Positions 8,286 to 18,546 are shown, numbered from the stretch's first letter. The stretch is 64,000 nucleotides of DNA from Candidatus Giovannonibacteria bacterium RIFCSPHIGHO2_12_FULL_44_22 (GCA_001778695.1 MFHU01000003.1:1521-65520), one strand, 5' to 3'. The notes: generated from the sequence alone by a model not told the origin. Numbers and translations are program-made.

Positions 8286-10316
8286 CTAAATTATAAACGG
8301 AATTATGAGGAGGGCGACGATGTTGACCACTTTTATCATCGGATTAATCGCGGGACCGGCGGTGTCTTTGTATGGGTCGCCGACGGTGTCTCCGGTGACG
8401 GCGGCTTTATGCGCGTCCGAACCTTTGCCTCCGTAATTTCCTTCTTCAATAAATTTTTTGGCGTTATCCCAAGCGGCGCCTCCGGAAGTCATTGAGATCG
8501 CCATGAAAAATCCGGTAAGAATCACGCCGATTAAAAGCCCGCCCAAAGCTTTCGGTCCCAAAATAAATCCGACTAAAATTGTAACTAAAATCGGAAGCAA
8601 CGCCGGCAAAATCATTTCTTTCAAGGCCGCGCCGGTTACAATATCCACTGTTTTGGCGTAATCCGGTTTTTGGGTTCCCGCCATGATGCCCGGCAATTCT
8701 TTAAATTGTCTCCGTACTTCTAAAACCACCGCTCCAGCCGCTCTGCCAACCGCGCGCATGGCCAAAGACCCGAAAATATATGGAAGCATCCCGCCGATAA
8801 ATAAACCGGTGATGACCGAGGGGTCGGAAAGCCCAAAAACGGCGCCGGCGCCTTTTGAAATTAATTCCGAAGCGTAAGCGGAAAAAAGCACCATGGCGGC
8901 GAGCCCCGCCGAAGCGATGGCATAGCCCTTTGTGATGGCTTTGGTTGTGTTGCCCACGGCGTCCAATGGGTCGGTAATTTCGCGGACGCTTTTGGGCATA
9001 CCGGCCATCTCGGCGATTCCTCCTGCGTTGTCGGTAATCGGTCCGAATGAATCAATGGCCACGATTATTCCGGTCATGGAAAGCATTGAAACCGCTGAGA
9101 ATGCCACTCCGTAAAGACCAGCGAAATGATACGCGCCCCAAGCGGAAAAAGCGATAAGCAAAGCAGGCAAAGCGGTTGATTCCAAAGAATAGGCCAAGCC
9201 GATTATAATATTCGTGCCGTGGCCGGACTGCGAGCTTTTGGCGATATCTTTAACCGGGCGAAATTTTTTGGAAGTGTAATATTCGGTAATTAAAACAATT
9301 CCCAAAACCACAACGAGCCCCAAAAGAGACGCCAGGAAATAATCCGACGATTTGCCGGGGATTTTTACTATATTTTTAAATAATTCGTTCCCGGAGGTTC
9401 CAGGAACAATTACAAATTCTTTTATTGCGAAATAAAATCCGGCGGCCGAAAGAATCCCCGCCGCCGCCAAGCCTTTATATAATCCCAACATGATTTTTGT
9501 TTTTTCTGACACTTTTACAAAATAAAATCCGATGATTGAAGCAATAATCGCGACGCTGCCCAAAAACAAAGGAAGTAAAATTGCGGCGTCTGAACCGGAA
9601 AAAACCGAAGCGCCTAAAAGCATCGCGGCGATTAAAGTGACGGCGTAAGTTTCAAAAAGATCCGTCGCCATTCCTGCGCAATCGCCGACGTTGTCGCCGA
9701 CCAAATCGGCAATCACCGCGGGGTTCCTGGGGTCGTCCTCCGGAATTCCGACCTCCGTTTTTCCAACCAAATCCGCGCCGACATCAGCCGCTTTGGTGTA
9801 AATTCCTCCGCCCAATCGCGAAAAAACGGAAATCAAAGATCCGCCGAATCCCACGCCGACTAAGGCGGCTAAATCATTTATCCAATTCCAAAATCCCGCG
9901 ACAACCAAAAGGCCCAACCCCACAACCAAAAATCCAGTAACCGCGCCGCCTTTAAACGCCAAAGAAAAAGCCTTTTTTAAACCTGATTTCGCGCCCTCGG
10001 CAACACGGGAATTGGCCATCACGGCGGTTTTCATCCCCAAATAAGCCGCCAAGGACGATGCCAAAGCGCCGATTATGAAACCGATGGCGATATTTTTTCC
10101 CAAAAAAATCCACAAAAGCAGGGCGATTGCTACGCCTACTATTAATACGGATTTAAACTGCCTTTTTAAAAAGGCACCTGACCCAACGCGGATGGCTTCG
10201 GCGATTTCTTTCATTTTGTCATCTCCCTCCGGCGCTCTTTTTACGCTTCTCCTCAAACCCAGCGCGAAAAGTATTGATAATATTCCTGTCCCTATGGCAA
10301 AATATTCTATGGTCAT
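8286..10316 (-). CDS. hppA: Membrane-bound proton-translocating pyrophosphatase, K+-independent type
   Basis: [30 protein letters not shown] and [10 protein letters not shown] motifs; GNTTKA has Lys at the position that determines K+ dependence. Confidence 0.95.
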   Translation of the reverse strand: MTIEYFAIGTGILSILFALGLRRSVKRAPEGDDKMKEIAEAIRVGSGAFLKRQFKSVLIVGVAIALLLWIFLGKNIAIGFIIGALASSLAAYLGMKTAVMANSRVAEGAKSGLKKAFSLAFKGGAVTGFLVVGLGLLVVAGFWNWINDLAALVGVGFGGSLISVFSRLGGGIYTKAADVGADLVGKTEVGIPEDDPRNPAVIADLVGDNVGDCAGMATDLFETYAVTLIAAMLLGASVFSGSDAAILLPLFLGSVAIIASIIGFYFVKVSEKTKIMLGLYKGLAAAGILSAAGFYFAIKEFVIVPGTSGNELFKNIVKIPGKSSDYFLASLLGLVVVLGIVLITEYYTSKKFRPVKDIAKSSQSGHGTNIIIGLAYSLESTALPALLIAFSAWGAYHFAGLYGVAFSAVSMLSMTGIIVAIDSFGPITDNAGGIAEMAGMPKSVREITDPLDAVGNTTKAITKGYAIASAGLAAMVLFSAYASELISKGAGAVFGLSDPSVITGLFIGGMLPYIFGSLAMRAVGRAAGAVVLEVRRQFKELPGIMAGTQKPDYAKTVDIVTGAALKEMILPALLPILVTILVGFILGPKALGGLLIGVILTGFFMAISMTSGGAAWDNAKKFIEEGNYGGKGSDAHKAAVTGDTVGDPYKDTAGPAINPMIKVVNIVALLIIPFII

Positions 10317-10317
10317 A

Positions 10318-10384
10318 CCAGGTAGTAGAACTTCGCGTTAATGATAATGGCTGCTCGGTAGCGACGCGAAGTTTCACTACCTGG
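10318..10384. mobile_element. 67-bp MITE-like element with 4-bp target duplication (CATA) at the hppA start codon
   Basis: CCAGGTAGTAGAACTTCGCGT...ACGCGAAGTTTCACTACCTGG flanked by CATA at 10314-10317 and 10385-10388. Confidence 0.72.
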
Positions 10385-10543
10385 CATAATGGTTATTAGT
10401 ATAATAAATTTTTATAAAAAATAAAAGCCCCAGTATTGTTACCTGAAGCTTTCCAGATCCTCAGTTTGTTTATCTCTCAATTTTTCTCAAGAGAATGGCC
10501 AGCTTACAGCCTTTTACATGGGTAATCTCGGTTAACCCCACTG

Positions 10544-10900
10544 CTATAGCCATTTTCCGTACATAGCCCTGGTTTTCCCATCTGGCATCTTTTCTGTTTG
10601 ATCAAGCGTTGGCAGATGGCTAAATTGTTTGTTGGGTTCACCGGCAGGCGTGAAATCAAGAGCACATAATAGCCCCTTACTGAGATTGAGTTCATGAGTA
10701 GCCAGATAAATAGAGACATGCGCAACCAGTTTTTCAAACTCAAATCTGGAAAGTCCGGCTTCGAGTTCCATCAAACTTGCTATCGCATTCTCTGCAACTT
10801 TATTCTGACGCATTTCTGTAAGGGTTATCTTGTTACGATCCAATACTGAAGCAAGAAGTCTGTAAAACTGATTTCTTTCCTGTTCATCATTCAGATTCAT
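10544..10900 (-). CDS. Hypothetical protein
   Basis: 118 aa with AAGGAG SD and its own TTGACA-type promoter upstream (about 10970-10995). Confidence 0.65.
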   Translation of the reverse strand: MNLNDEQERNQFYRLLASVLDRNKITLTEMRQNKVAENAIASLMELEAGLSRFEFEKLVAHVSIYLATHELNLSKGLLCALDFTPAGEPNKQFSHLPTLDQTEKMPDGKTRAMYGKWL

Positions 10901-11086
10901 AATTTATTCTCCTTTTTATTTTGTCTTTCTTAGTTATTGTTTTTAAGGTACTTAGTTTCTTGTTCAATGATAGTATATTATTAAACACTTGTCAAGCGCT
11001 TTTGGTAGTTTTTAGCGAAAAAAGACCCAAAATGTCTAAAAAGCCCTTATTTAGAGCCATTTTTTGGACTGGCCATTTTTGGGTTT

Positions 11087-11162
11087 TAACGCCCCCTAGC
11101 CCCCTCTTACATTAAGAGGGGGAATTTTCTCCCCCTTAGAGTAAGGGGGATTAAGGGGGTTA
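11087..11162. repeat. REP/MITE-like double-hairpin element at the nusA 3' end
   Basis: CCCCCTCTTA-CAT-TAAGAGGGGG and TCCCCCTTA-GAG-TAAGGGGGA inside outer TAAC(G)CCCCC...GGGGGTTA arms. Confidence 0.7.
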
Positions 11163-12443
11163 CTCCCCCGCGATTCCTTCTCCTGAAACTTCGCCTTCGC
11201 TGGTCGCTTCGGCGACGGTTTCGCCAGTGCGCGAGCGGATGTCAATTTTATATCCGGTGAGTTTAGCGGCCAAGCGGACATTCTGCCCGCCTTTGCCGAT
11301 TGCCAGAGAAAGCTGATCTTCGGCCACGGTAACTTTAGCGTGTTTGATATCTTCGTCAATTTCCACTTCCAGCGCTTTGGCCGGAGAAATCGCGGATGAA
11401 ATAAATCTTTCCTTGTCTTCCGACCATGGGATGATGTCTATTTTTTCTCCGCCCAATTCAGCGATCACGGTTGTCACGCGGACGCCTTTTTGCCCGACGC
11501 ATGAGCCGACCGGGTCAATATTTTCTTCTTTGGATGAAACAGCAATTTTGGTGCGGCTACCGGCTTCCCGGGCAACATTTTTTATCTCAACCGCGCCCGA
11601 AGCGATTTCCGGAACTTCAATTTCAAAAAGTTTTGAAACCAGCTGAGGATGCGATCTGGAAAGATAAACACCGGGACCGCGCGGCATTTTTTCCGCTTTT
11701 AAAAGCAATACTTTGATTCTTTCGCCGATTCTGTATCTTTCGCCGCGCACCTGCTCGTCGGGCGGGAGCACGCCGATGGTTCTTCCTAAATCCAAAAATA
11801 CCAGCCGGCCTTCCACTCTTTGCACTATACCGCTGATTACCTCGCCTTCTTTTTCTTTGAATTCGTCAAACACGGAATCTCTTTCGGCTTCGCGGACTCT
11901 TTGCAAAATAACCTGTTTGGCGGTCTGCGCCGCGATTCTTCCGTAATCTTCTTTGGATTCCAGCGGAAAAGTAAGCTCATCGCCGACTTTTGCGTCCTTC
12001 TTGGTTTTTTTGGCGTCGGCCAACATAATGTGCCGGTCGGAGTTGAAGCGGACTTTTCTAATTTCGCCAGCCTCGCCGATTTCGCTTTCTCCGCCCAAAG
12101 CTTCCCGAGCCGCCTCTTTTACAGTCCATTTTTCTGTTTCCCCGCCCAAACCTGCGGATTGTGGCGGGCTCGCCTGAATGCCTTGGCTTTCGGCGAGTTC
12201 CACGGCGATTTCTTCTTCGGATTTAATCATAGATTCGTCCACAACAAGCTTTACCTGCCAAAATTCTGCTTTGCCTGTCGCGATATCAAATTTGGCGCGG
12301 ATTAACTGCGTTTTTTTGCCGTAATCTCTTTTATAAGCGGCGGCCAAAGCCATATCAATCGTCTCCAGAATTTTTTCCTTGGAGATGCCTTTTTCGGAGG
12401 CCAACTGGTCCAACGCCGCGTTGAAATTTTTTATGTCTAACAT
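11160..12443 (-). CDS. nusA: Transcription termination/antitermination factor NusA
   Basis: YGRIAAQTAKQVI, S1 domain and KH domains (EVPEI, GSCVGQKGVR, AIGKGGQNVRLAAKLTG). Confidence 0.97.
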   Translation of the reverse strand: MLDIKNFNAALDQLASEKGISKEKILETIDMALAAAYKRDYGKKTQLIRAKFDIATGKAEFWQVKLVVDESMIKSEEEIAVELAESQGIQASPPQSAGLGGETEKWTVKEAAREALGGESEIGEAGEIRKVRFNSDRHIMLADAKKTKKDAKVGDELTFPLESKEDYGRIAAQTAKQVILQRVREAERDSVFDEFKEKEGEVISGIVQRVEGRLVFLDLGRTIGVLPPDEQVRGERYRIGERIKVLLLKAEKMPRGPGVYLSRSHPQLVSKLFEIEVPEIASGAVEIKNVAREAGSRTKIAVSSKEENIDPVGSCVGQKGVRVTTVIAELGGEKIDIIPWSEDKERFISSAISPAKALEVEIDEDIKHAKVTVAEDQLSLAIGKGGQNVRLAAKLTGYKIDIRSRTGETVAEATSEGEVSGEGIAGE

Positions 12444-12453
12444 ATTATTAATA

Positions 12454-12987
12454 TTATTTTGTAAAACCTATCTGTCCTTTTGGTTTACTTTCTTGTATAA
12501 GAAGCTGTTTTAATACGTCAAAAACTTGCCTTAATTTAGCGTCGTATTTTTTTTCCATATTTTCTATCTTTACCCTTAACCCTTTGTTGGTCGCCAGTAA
12601 TTCTCTTAATTTAGTAAAAGTTCTTATAACTTGGATATTTACTTGTATGGCTCTGTCGCTGTTTAAAACGCTGGAAAGCATAGCTACGCCTTGCTCAGTA
12701 AAAGCGTGCGGCAGATAGCGTCTCCCGCCCCAACTTGAGGTTTCAATTTGTGACCTCAAGTTTTTAAATTCCTTTTCTGATAGCTGAAACATAAAATCTG
12801 GCGGGAAGCGGTCAATGTTTCTTTTGACTGCTAGGTTAAGCACTTTGGTTCCAACCTCATACAGCTCGGCGAGATCTTTGTCTATCATCACCCTTCTGCC
12901 CTTGATTAAAAATATCCTACTGATAATCCGCTCGCTCGGTATTGTTATAACGCCTCTTTTATAAAAACCGCTTTTTGTTTTGCCCAT
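12454..12987 (-). CDS. ORF6N (KilA-N-like) DNA-binding domain protein
   Basis: VMIDKDLAELYEVGTKVLNLAVKRNIDRFPPDFMFQLS...AFTEQGVAMLSSVLNS. Confidence 0.92.
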   Translation of the reverse strand: MGKTKSGFYKRGVITIPSERIISRIFLIKGRRVMIDKDLAELYEVGTKVLNLAVKRNIDRFPPDFMFQLSEKEFKNLRSQIETSSWGGRRYLPHAFTEQGVAMLSSVLNSDRAIQVNIQVIRTFTKLRELLATNKGLRVKIENMEKKYDAKLRQVFDVLKQLLIQESKPKGQIGFTK

Positions 12988-13092
12988 ATTTTTTAAAATT
13001 AAAAGCCCATCGTAATGATGGACTCTTTTAAGCTTAGCAAGGATAGGAAGAGATGTCAAATCTCCCGATTCGCTTCAGTGATAATGAAAGCT

Positions 13093-13590
13093 TTATTTAG
13101 CAGAATTTCGCCACTGATTTCTTTTGTTTTCTTCCATTCTTGACCATTGCTTCGCCATAACTTCGTCAGAAAGTTTTTTATCTTTCGGCAACATTATACT
13201 TGCCTTCTCCGATGTAGGCAGATTATCCATATGACGGATGCCGTTTGATGTCATAACAAAATATTCTCCTTCTATTTCTCTTTCTATTTTTATGTATTTG
13301 CTATCGTTTAGTGTGGAGCAATCTTTAATTTCTAGCTTGGAAAGTATTGTTTTTGTCTTATCTCTCGGTGGCAAGTTTTGAATGCGCAGTAAATCTAAAT
13401 ATTTCAATACCATTTTTTCCTCATTACTCAGAAGATTATCGGAGATACTATTAGCAAGAGTAATTTTATCTCTCCCAACAACGTCGCCATCAACATTGGC
13501 TTTTTTAATAACTTGTTTGGTGGAAGGAGAATTCTTTCTATTAAGAAAGTTTAAATGAAGTGCGCCAAGAATTTTATCAATGATATGCAT
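13093..13590 (-). CDS. Hypothetical protein
   Basis: AT-rich 165-aa ORF with a GDVVGRDK motif. Confidence 0.6.
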   Translation of the reverse strand: MHIIDKILGALHLNFLNRKNSPSTKQVIKKANVDGDVVGRDKITLANSISDNLLSNEEKMVLKYLDLLRIQNLPPRDKTKTILSKLEIKDCSTLNDSKYIKIEREIEGEYFVMTSNGIRHMDNLPTSEKASIMLPKDKKLSDEVMAKQWSRMEENKRNQWRNSAK

Positions 13591-13595
13591 ATATT

Positions 13596-14039
13596 TTATT
13601 TTTTAAACATCACATCAAGTTTTTCTTGGTTTTTGACTCTATTTATTATTTGTAAATTAGACTTATTTAGTTCCTCTTTTATATATTTAATTGTTTCTGG
13701 ATCTTTTTCTGTTTTTAACAGATCACTTATTATTTCTTTATAAAGTTTAATTGCTTTAATTCTTCCTTTAATACCACTTGCAAAAAAACAAAAAATTAAA
13801 ATCCCTAATGAAACATACCAAGGAAACACAGTTGTTCTAATGGAAACAATAACAGCGACAATAAGAATTGAATAAGCGATATAAAAATAAGCACGCGGGT
13901 TTTTTATAAAACCTTCGGGCGTTTCTGAAAGAAAACCCAACCTTGAAATAGTGAGCCACTCCTCCAGTTTGAGAGAAAACAAGAAATATATTAAAACCAA
14001 AACTAAAAATAATAAATCATACATATAATACCCCACCAT
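13596..14039 (-). CDS. Hypothetical membrane protein
   Basis: Very AT-rich; three hydrophobic segments. Confidence 0.6.
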   Translation of the reverse strand: MVGYYMYDLLFLVLVLIYFLFSLKLEEWLTISRLGFLSETPEGFIKNPRAYFYIAYSILIVAVIVSIRTTVFPWYVSLGILIFCFFASGIKGRIKAIKLYKEIISDLLKTEKDPETIKYIKEELNKSNLQIINRVKNQEKLDVMFKK

Positions 14040-14229
14040 AGCTCAAAATCACCTGATTTTCAAGGCGATGGGTATTTTATTAGGTTGAGCCTTGCGCACT
14101 TACAGTTATCAACCTTAAACTTGAATTGTAAGTTTGAGCGCTATCGCCCTCAGATTTAGAATTGGCTTAACACGGTTTTAATAATTTCAAAACCGCCGGG
14201 TTTTCAGGGCGCATGTTATACTTATTCAT

Positions 14230-15186
14230 ATGGCTGGTGGGTTTGTTGAAAGTTTGAATCTTAAAAAAACTTGCGCCGAGTATCGGGTGGGACTTTGGCA
14301 ATGCCCCCAGTTTTTATTTTTGGTAATGGGCGCGGTTATTATTTCGGCCATAATGGTCACTTATATCGTGGCTAGCCGTTACGAAGAGCCGGAAATCGCG
14401 TCCTTGGTGGTTTTAGTTCTCGCCGCGATTTTATTCGCCATCGGTAATTTAATAGTGCGCGCTTTTGAACAAGTGGCTTTGTCTTCGCGTTCCAAATCCG
14501 AGTTTATAAGTATAATGTCTCATCAATTGCGCTCGCCCTTGTCTGCAGTAAAATGGCAGGTGAATTTTTTACTTTCGGATGCTCAAAGAAAAACACCGGA
14601 TGCGGCCTCGATGCAAAAATATCTCCAAACGGTGTATGATCAAAATGAGCGGATGATTAGGTCGGTAAACGATCTTTTAGAGGTCAACCGCATAGAGGAC
14701 AACGACCTTGTTTTGCGCCCTACGCTTTTTTCCATAGAGGATATCACCAAAAAGATCGCGGGCGAATATAAAAGTTTTGCCGCGGCCAGCAATGTTAATA
14801 TAGAAGTAGCCGTCACGGGTTTGGCGCCTACCATATATGCCGATGAAGAAAGAATCAAGTATGTGATGGAGCATCTCATGGACAATGCCGTAAGATACAG
14901 TTCCATGGGTGGTAAGGTTTCCATAAGTATTGCGGTTGAAGGCGGTAAGCTGGTTTGGAAAATTATTGACCAAGGCGCCGGCATTCCGCCAAAAGATCAG
15001 AAAAGGATTTTTGAAAAATTTTTCCGCTCGGACCAAGCTTTGCGATATCAAACAGAGGGTTCGGGCGTGGGGCTTTTTATCGTAAAATCTATTATAAAAA
15101 AATCCGGCGGAGAAGTAGGTTTCACTTCGTCGCTAGGCCAAGGGTCGATGTTTTGGTTCCAATTACCAATTAAAAATAACGTATGA
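14230..15186 (+). CDS. Sensor histidine kinase
   Basis: Two TM helices; H-box SHQLRSPL, N-box DNAVRYS, G-boxes DQGAGI and GSGVGL. Confidence 0.95.
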   Translation: MAGGFVESLNLKKTCAEYRVGLWQCPQFLFLVMGAVIISAIMVTYIVASRYEEPEIASLVVLVLAAILFAIGNLIVRAFEQVALSSRSKSEFISIMSHQLRSPLSAVKWQVNFLLSDAQRKTPDAASMQKYLQTVYDQNERMIRSVNDLLEVNRIEDNDLVLRPTLFSIEDITKKIAGEYKSFAAASNVNIEVAVTGLAPTIYADEERIKYVMEHLMDNAVRYSSMGGKVSISIAVEGGKLVWKIIDQGAGIPPKDQKRIFEKFFRSDQALRYQTEGSGVGLFIVKSIIKKSGGEVGFTSSLGQGSMFWFQLPIKNNV

Positions 15187-15560
15187 AAAAGATTTTATTT
15201 GTTGAAGACGAGGAAGCTCTGCAGCGCGCCATGGGCGACATGCTGGAGCGGGCTGGCTATACTGTGCTCAAGGCTTTGGACGGAGAGGCGGGGCTCGCCA
15301 TGGCCAAAAAAGAAATTCCCGATTTGATTCTTTTGGATTTGGTTTTGCCGAAAAAGAACGGCTTTGAATTTCTTGAGGAAATAAAAAAAGACGCATCTGC
15401 TAAAAATATTCCGGTGATCGTGCTGACCAATTTGGAGGGCAGCGCCGAAGTGGAGCGGGCTTTATCTTTGGGCGCCACCACTTATTTGGTTAAAGCTAAT
15501 TACAAATTAGACGAACTTCTCGGAAAAATTGAGATAATCTTGGGCCATCACGCAAAATAA
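15183..15560 (+). CDS. Single-domain response regulator
   Basis: VEDE, PDLILLDLVLP, VIVLTN and YLVK receiver motifs. Confidence 0.95.
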   Translation: MKKILFVEDEEALQRAMGDMLERAGYTVLKALDGEAGLAMAKKEIPDLILLDLVLPKKNGFEFLEEIKKDASAKNIPVIVLTNLEGSAEVERALSLGATTYLVKANYKLDELLGKIEIILGHHAK

Positions 15561-15563
15561 AAA

Positions 15564-17315
15564 ATGAAAATAGAAGAGCAACAATTGAAGGCCTTCCTCT
15601 TAGATTCGGAGCTGGTAAAAAAAGAAGATATTAAAAAGGCCGAAACGGAAGCCAAGAAAAGCGGCAAAAAAATAGACGATGTTCTTTTAGCTTGGGGAAA
15701 AATAAACGAGGAAGAGCTGGCGCGATTAAAAGCTTATATTTTAGGGATTCCCTTCGTGAACCTGGAAGGGGAAAAAATTGACGCGAAAGTGCTGGCCGTG
15801 ATTCCCGAGCCCATCGCCAAAAAACATAATATTGTTTCATTTAAAAAAAACGGCAGCAATTTGGAGGTGGCTATGCTGGATCCAGAAGATCTTGTGACTA
15901 TTGAATTTATCAAAAAAACCGCGGATTTTAAAATTTTTCCACGCCTGACCAATGTCGCTTCCATGAAATACGTCCTTTCGCAGTACCAGAAAAGCTTGGC
16001 GGCGGAATTTGGAGAAATTATAAAAGTGGATAGCGAGACGCTGGCCACGGTGCTTAAAGAACCTGGTGACGAAGTTGATGTTGAAGATTTAAAAAAAACC
16101 GCGGAGGATTTGCCCATCGTCCGCATCGTGGATACTTTAATAAGGCACGCAATTTTACAGCGCTCTTCCGACATTCATATTGAGCCCACGGAAAAAGAAG
16201 TTTTGGTAAGATATCGCATAGACGGAATTTTGCACAACGCCATGGTTCTGCCCAAGCAGGTGACTTCTGGAATTGTGGCTCGCATCAAAGTTTTGGCAAA
16301 TTTAAAATTGGACGAGCATCGCCTGCCGCAGGACGGCCGTTTTAAAATTGAAACTACAGAGTACAAATATTCTTTGCGCGTTTCCATACTGCCTGTTTTT
16401 GACGGCGAAAAAGTCGTAATGCGGCTCCTTCCGGAAAATGCCAAAGGGTTCACTTTAGAAGATTTGGGTTTTCACGGAGAAGCTTTGGAGGCGCTTTATA
16501 AAAATATTAAAAAGCCATTGGGGATGATTTTGGCCACAGGCCCCACGGGCTCCGGGAAAACCACCACGCTTTACACTATTTTATCTTTGCTCAACCTTCC
16601 CGGAGTAAATATTTCAACAATTGAGGACCCGGTTGAATACAGGATGCCAAGAGTCAATCAAACGCAGGTCAGGCCGGATATCGGACTTTCTTTTGCTACT
16701 GGACTTCGTTCGCTGGTTCGCCAGGACCCGGATATTATTATGGTGGGAGAAATTCGCGATACCGAAACCGCCAACTTGGCCATCAATGCGGCGCTCACCG
16801 GCCATTTGGTGCTTTCATCGCTCCACACCAATTCCGCCGCCGGGTCTTTGCCTAGACTTTTGGATATGAAAGTGGAGCCGTTTTTAATAGTTTCCACCAC
16901 CAATGCCATAATTGCCCAAAGATTAGTGCGAAAGCTCTGTGGGGAGCCGGAAAAACATATTCTTACCGAAGCCGAGATAAAAAAATTAGGCGAGCACGTG
17001 GATTTGGAGCGGGTTTTGGAATTTTTGAAAAAAGAAAAAATAGTTTCGCTCAAAGCAGTTTGGAAAGATATTCCCTTTTTTAGGCCGAAGCTTACGGCGG
17101 AATGCCAAGACGGCTATTCCGACCGCATCGGCATTCATGAGGTTTTGGAAATGACTCCGACAATCAAGGATTTGCTTATGAAGAGCGCCACCTCCGACCA
17201 GATTGAGGAGCAGGCAAAAAAAGAAGGCATGATGACCATGGTGGAGGATGGCATAACGAAATGCGTTCAAGGGCTCACAACCATAGAAGAAGTGTTTAGG
17301 GTGACAATGGAATAA
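15564..17315 (+). CDS. pilB: Type IV pilus assembly ATPase (PilB/GspE family)
   Basis: SDIHIEP, PQDGR, GPTGSGKTTT, TIEDPVEY and RQDPDIIMVGEIRD motifs. Confidence 0.95.
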   Translation: MKIEEQQLKAFLLDSELVKKEDIKKAETEAKKSGKKIDDVLLAWGKINEEELARLKAYILGIPFVNLEGEKIDAKVLAVIPEPIAKKHNIVSFKKNGSNLEVAMLDPEDLVTIEFIKKTADFKIFPRLTNVASMKYVLSQYQKSLAAEFGEIIKVDSETLATVLKEPGDEVDVEDLKKTAEDLPIVRIVDTLIRHAILQRSSDIHIEPTEKEVLVRYRIDGILHNAMVLPKQVTSGIVARIKVLANLKLDEHRLPQDGRFKIETTEYKYSLRVSILPVFDGEKVVMRLLPENAKGFTLEDLGFHGEALEALYKNIKKPLGMILATGPTGSGKTTTLYTILSLLNLPGVNISTIEDPVEYRMPRVNQTQVRPDIGLSFATGLRSLVRQDPDIIMVGEIRDTETANLAINAALTGHLVLSSLHTNSAAGSLPRLLDMKVEPFLIVSTTNAIIAQRLVRKLCGEPEKHILTEAEIKKLGEHVDLERVLEFLKKEKIVSLKAVWKDIPFFRPKLTAECQDGYSDRIGIHEVLEMTPTIKDLLMKSATSDQIEEQAKKEGMMTMVEDGITKCVQGLTTIEEVFRVTME

Positions 17316-17319
17316 ACCT

Positions 17320-18543
17320 ATGCCTCTCTATCATTATAAAGCGCGGGATAAGGAAGGGCGGGATGTTGAAGGTGAAAGGGAAGGAAAAGACAAATATGAT
17401 TTGGCTCATGCTTTGCGCGCGGAGGGAATGACGCCGCTTTTTGTTTTGGAAGCAGGAGTGTCTGGCAGGAAAAAAACTTTAAACAATTATATTCCGGATT
17501 TTCTTAAAAGGATTTCTTTGGAGGAAAAGCTGAATTTCACCAGAAACATCGCCGTGATGATTGGCGCAGGCGTGAGCTTGGCCAAGGCTTTGGAAGTCAT
17601 GGCGCGGCAGACCGCGAACGAAAAATTTAAAATAGTCATACTCACCATGGCAGAGGCCATCAAAAAAGGCAAAAATTTTTCGGACGCTCTGGGGGAGCAC
17701 CCAGAAGTTTTTCCGAAATTTTATCAGGAGATGGCCAGAGCCGGCGAAAAATCTGGAAAACTGGAGGAATCTTTAAAGCTGGTAGCTTTGCAGTTAAAAA
17801 AAGATTACACGCTTCGGAGAAAAATTAGAAGCGCGATGGTATATCCAGCCATTATAATGATTGCCATGGTCGGCATCGGAATTTTAATGATGATTTATGT
17901 GGTGCCGACATTAGTTTCAACTTTTAAAGAGCTTAATGTGACATTGCCGCTCTCAACTAGATTTATTATTTTTATAAGCGAATCTATTTTGCAAAGCGGC
18001 CTGATTTTTTTATTGGCCACGGCTATCTTGGGATATTTTATTTACCGCTGGGGAAAATCACAAATTGGCAAAGAACAGATTGATTGGATTCTTACCCGCC
18101 TGCCGGTGATCAAGGGCATCAACCAAAAATTCAACGCGGCCAGGACTTGCCGCACCTTGAGCTCTCTGATTTCTTCCGGCGTGAATATTTTGGAAGCTAT
18201 ATCAATCACTAAAGAAGTTTTGCAAAATCATTTTTATCAAAATATTTTGGAAGACGCCCGCCTGAAAATCCAGCGCGGCGAAACCATCTCGCGGGCATTT
18301 TTGAGTTCAGAGAGTCTTTACCCTCCACTGGTGGGAGAAATGACGGCCATTGGAGAGGAAACCGGAGAACTTTCCCAGATGCTTTTGCGGCTCGCGTCAT
18401 TTTATGAAAGCGAGGTCAGCCAGGCCACTAAAGACCTCTCCACAATTATTGAGCCCTTGCTGATGATTGTCATTGGCATTATCGTTGGATTTTTCGCCGT
18501 GTCCATGATTTCTCCGATGTATAATTTAGTGGGAGCGTTTTAA
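17320..18543 (+). CDS. pilC: Type IV pilus platform protein (PilC/GspF family)
   Basis: Duplicated GspF domains (AGEKSGKL, IGEETGEL, IIEP). Confidence 0.95.
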   Translation: MPLYHYKARDKEGRDVEGEREGKDKYDLAHALRAEGMTPLFVLEAGVSGRKKTLNNYIPDFLKRISLEEKLNFTRNIAVMIGAGVSLAKALEVMARQTANEKFKIVILTMAEAIKKGKNFSDALGEHPEVFPKFYQEMARAGEKSGKLEESLKLVALQLKKDYTLRRKIRSAMVYPAIIMIAMVGIGILMMIYVVPTLVSTFKELNVTLPLSTRFIIFISESILQSGLIFLLATAILGYFIYRWGKSQIGKEQIDWILTRLPVIKGINQKFNAARTCRTLSSLISSGVNILEAISITKEVLQNHFYQNILEDARLKIQRGETISRAFLSSESLYPPLVGEMTAIGEETGELSQMLLRLASFYESEVSQATKDLSTIIEPLLMIVIGIIVGFFAVSMISPMYNLVGAF

Positions 18544-18546
18544 TTT

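Noticed and set aside
14064-14148. Possible integron attC site
   Set aside because: No convincing RYYYAAC/GTTRRRY boxes, no second copy between neighbouring genes and no integron integrase.
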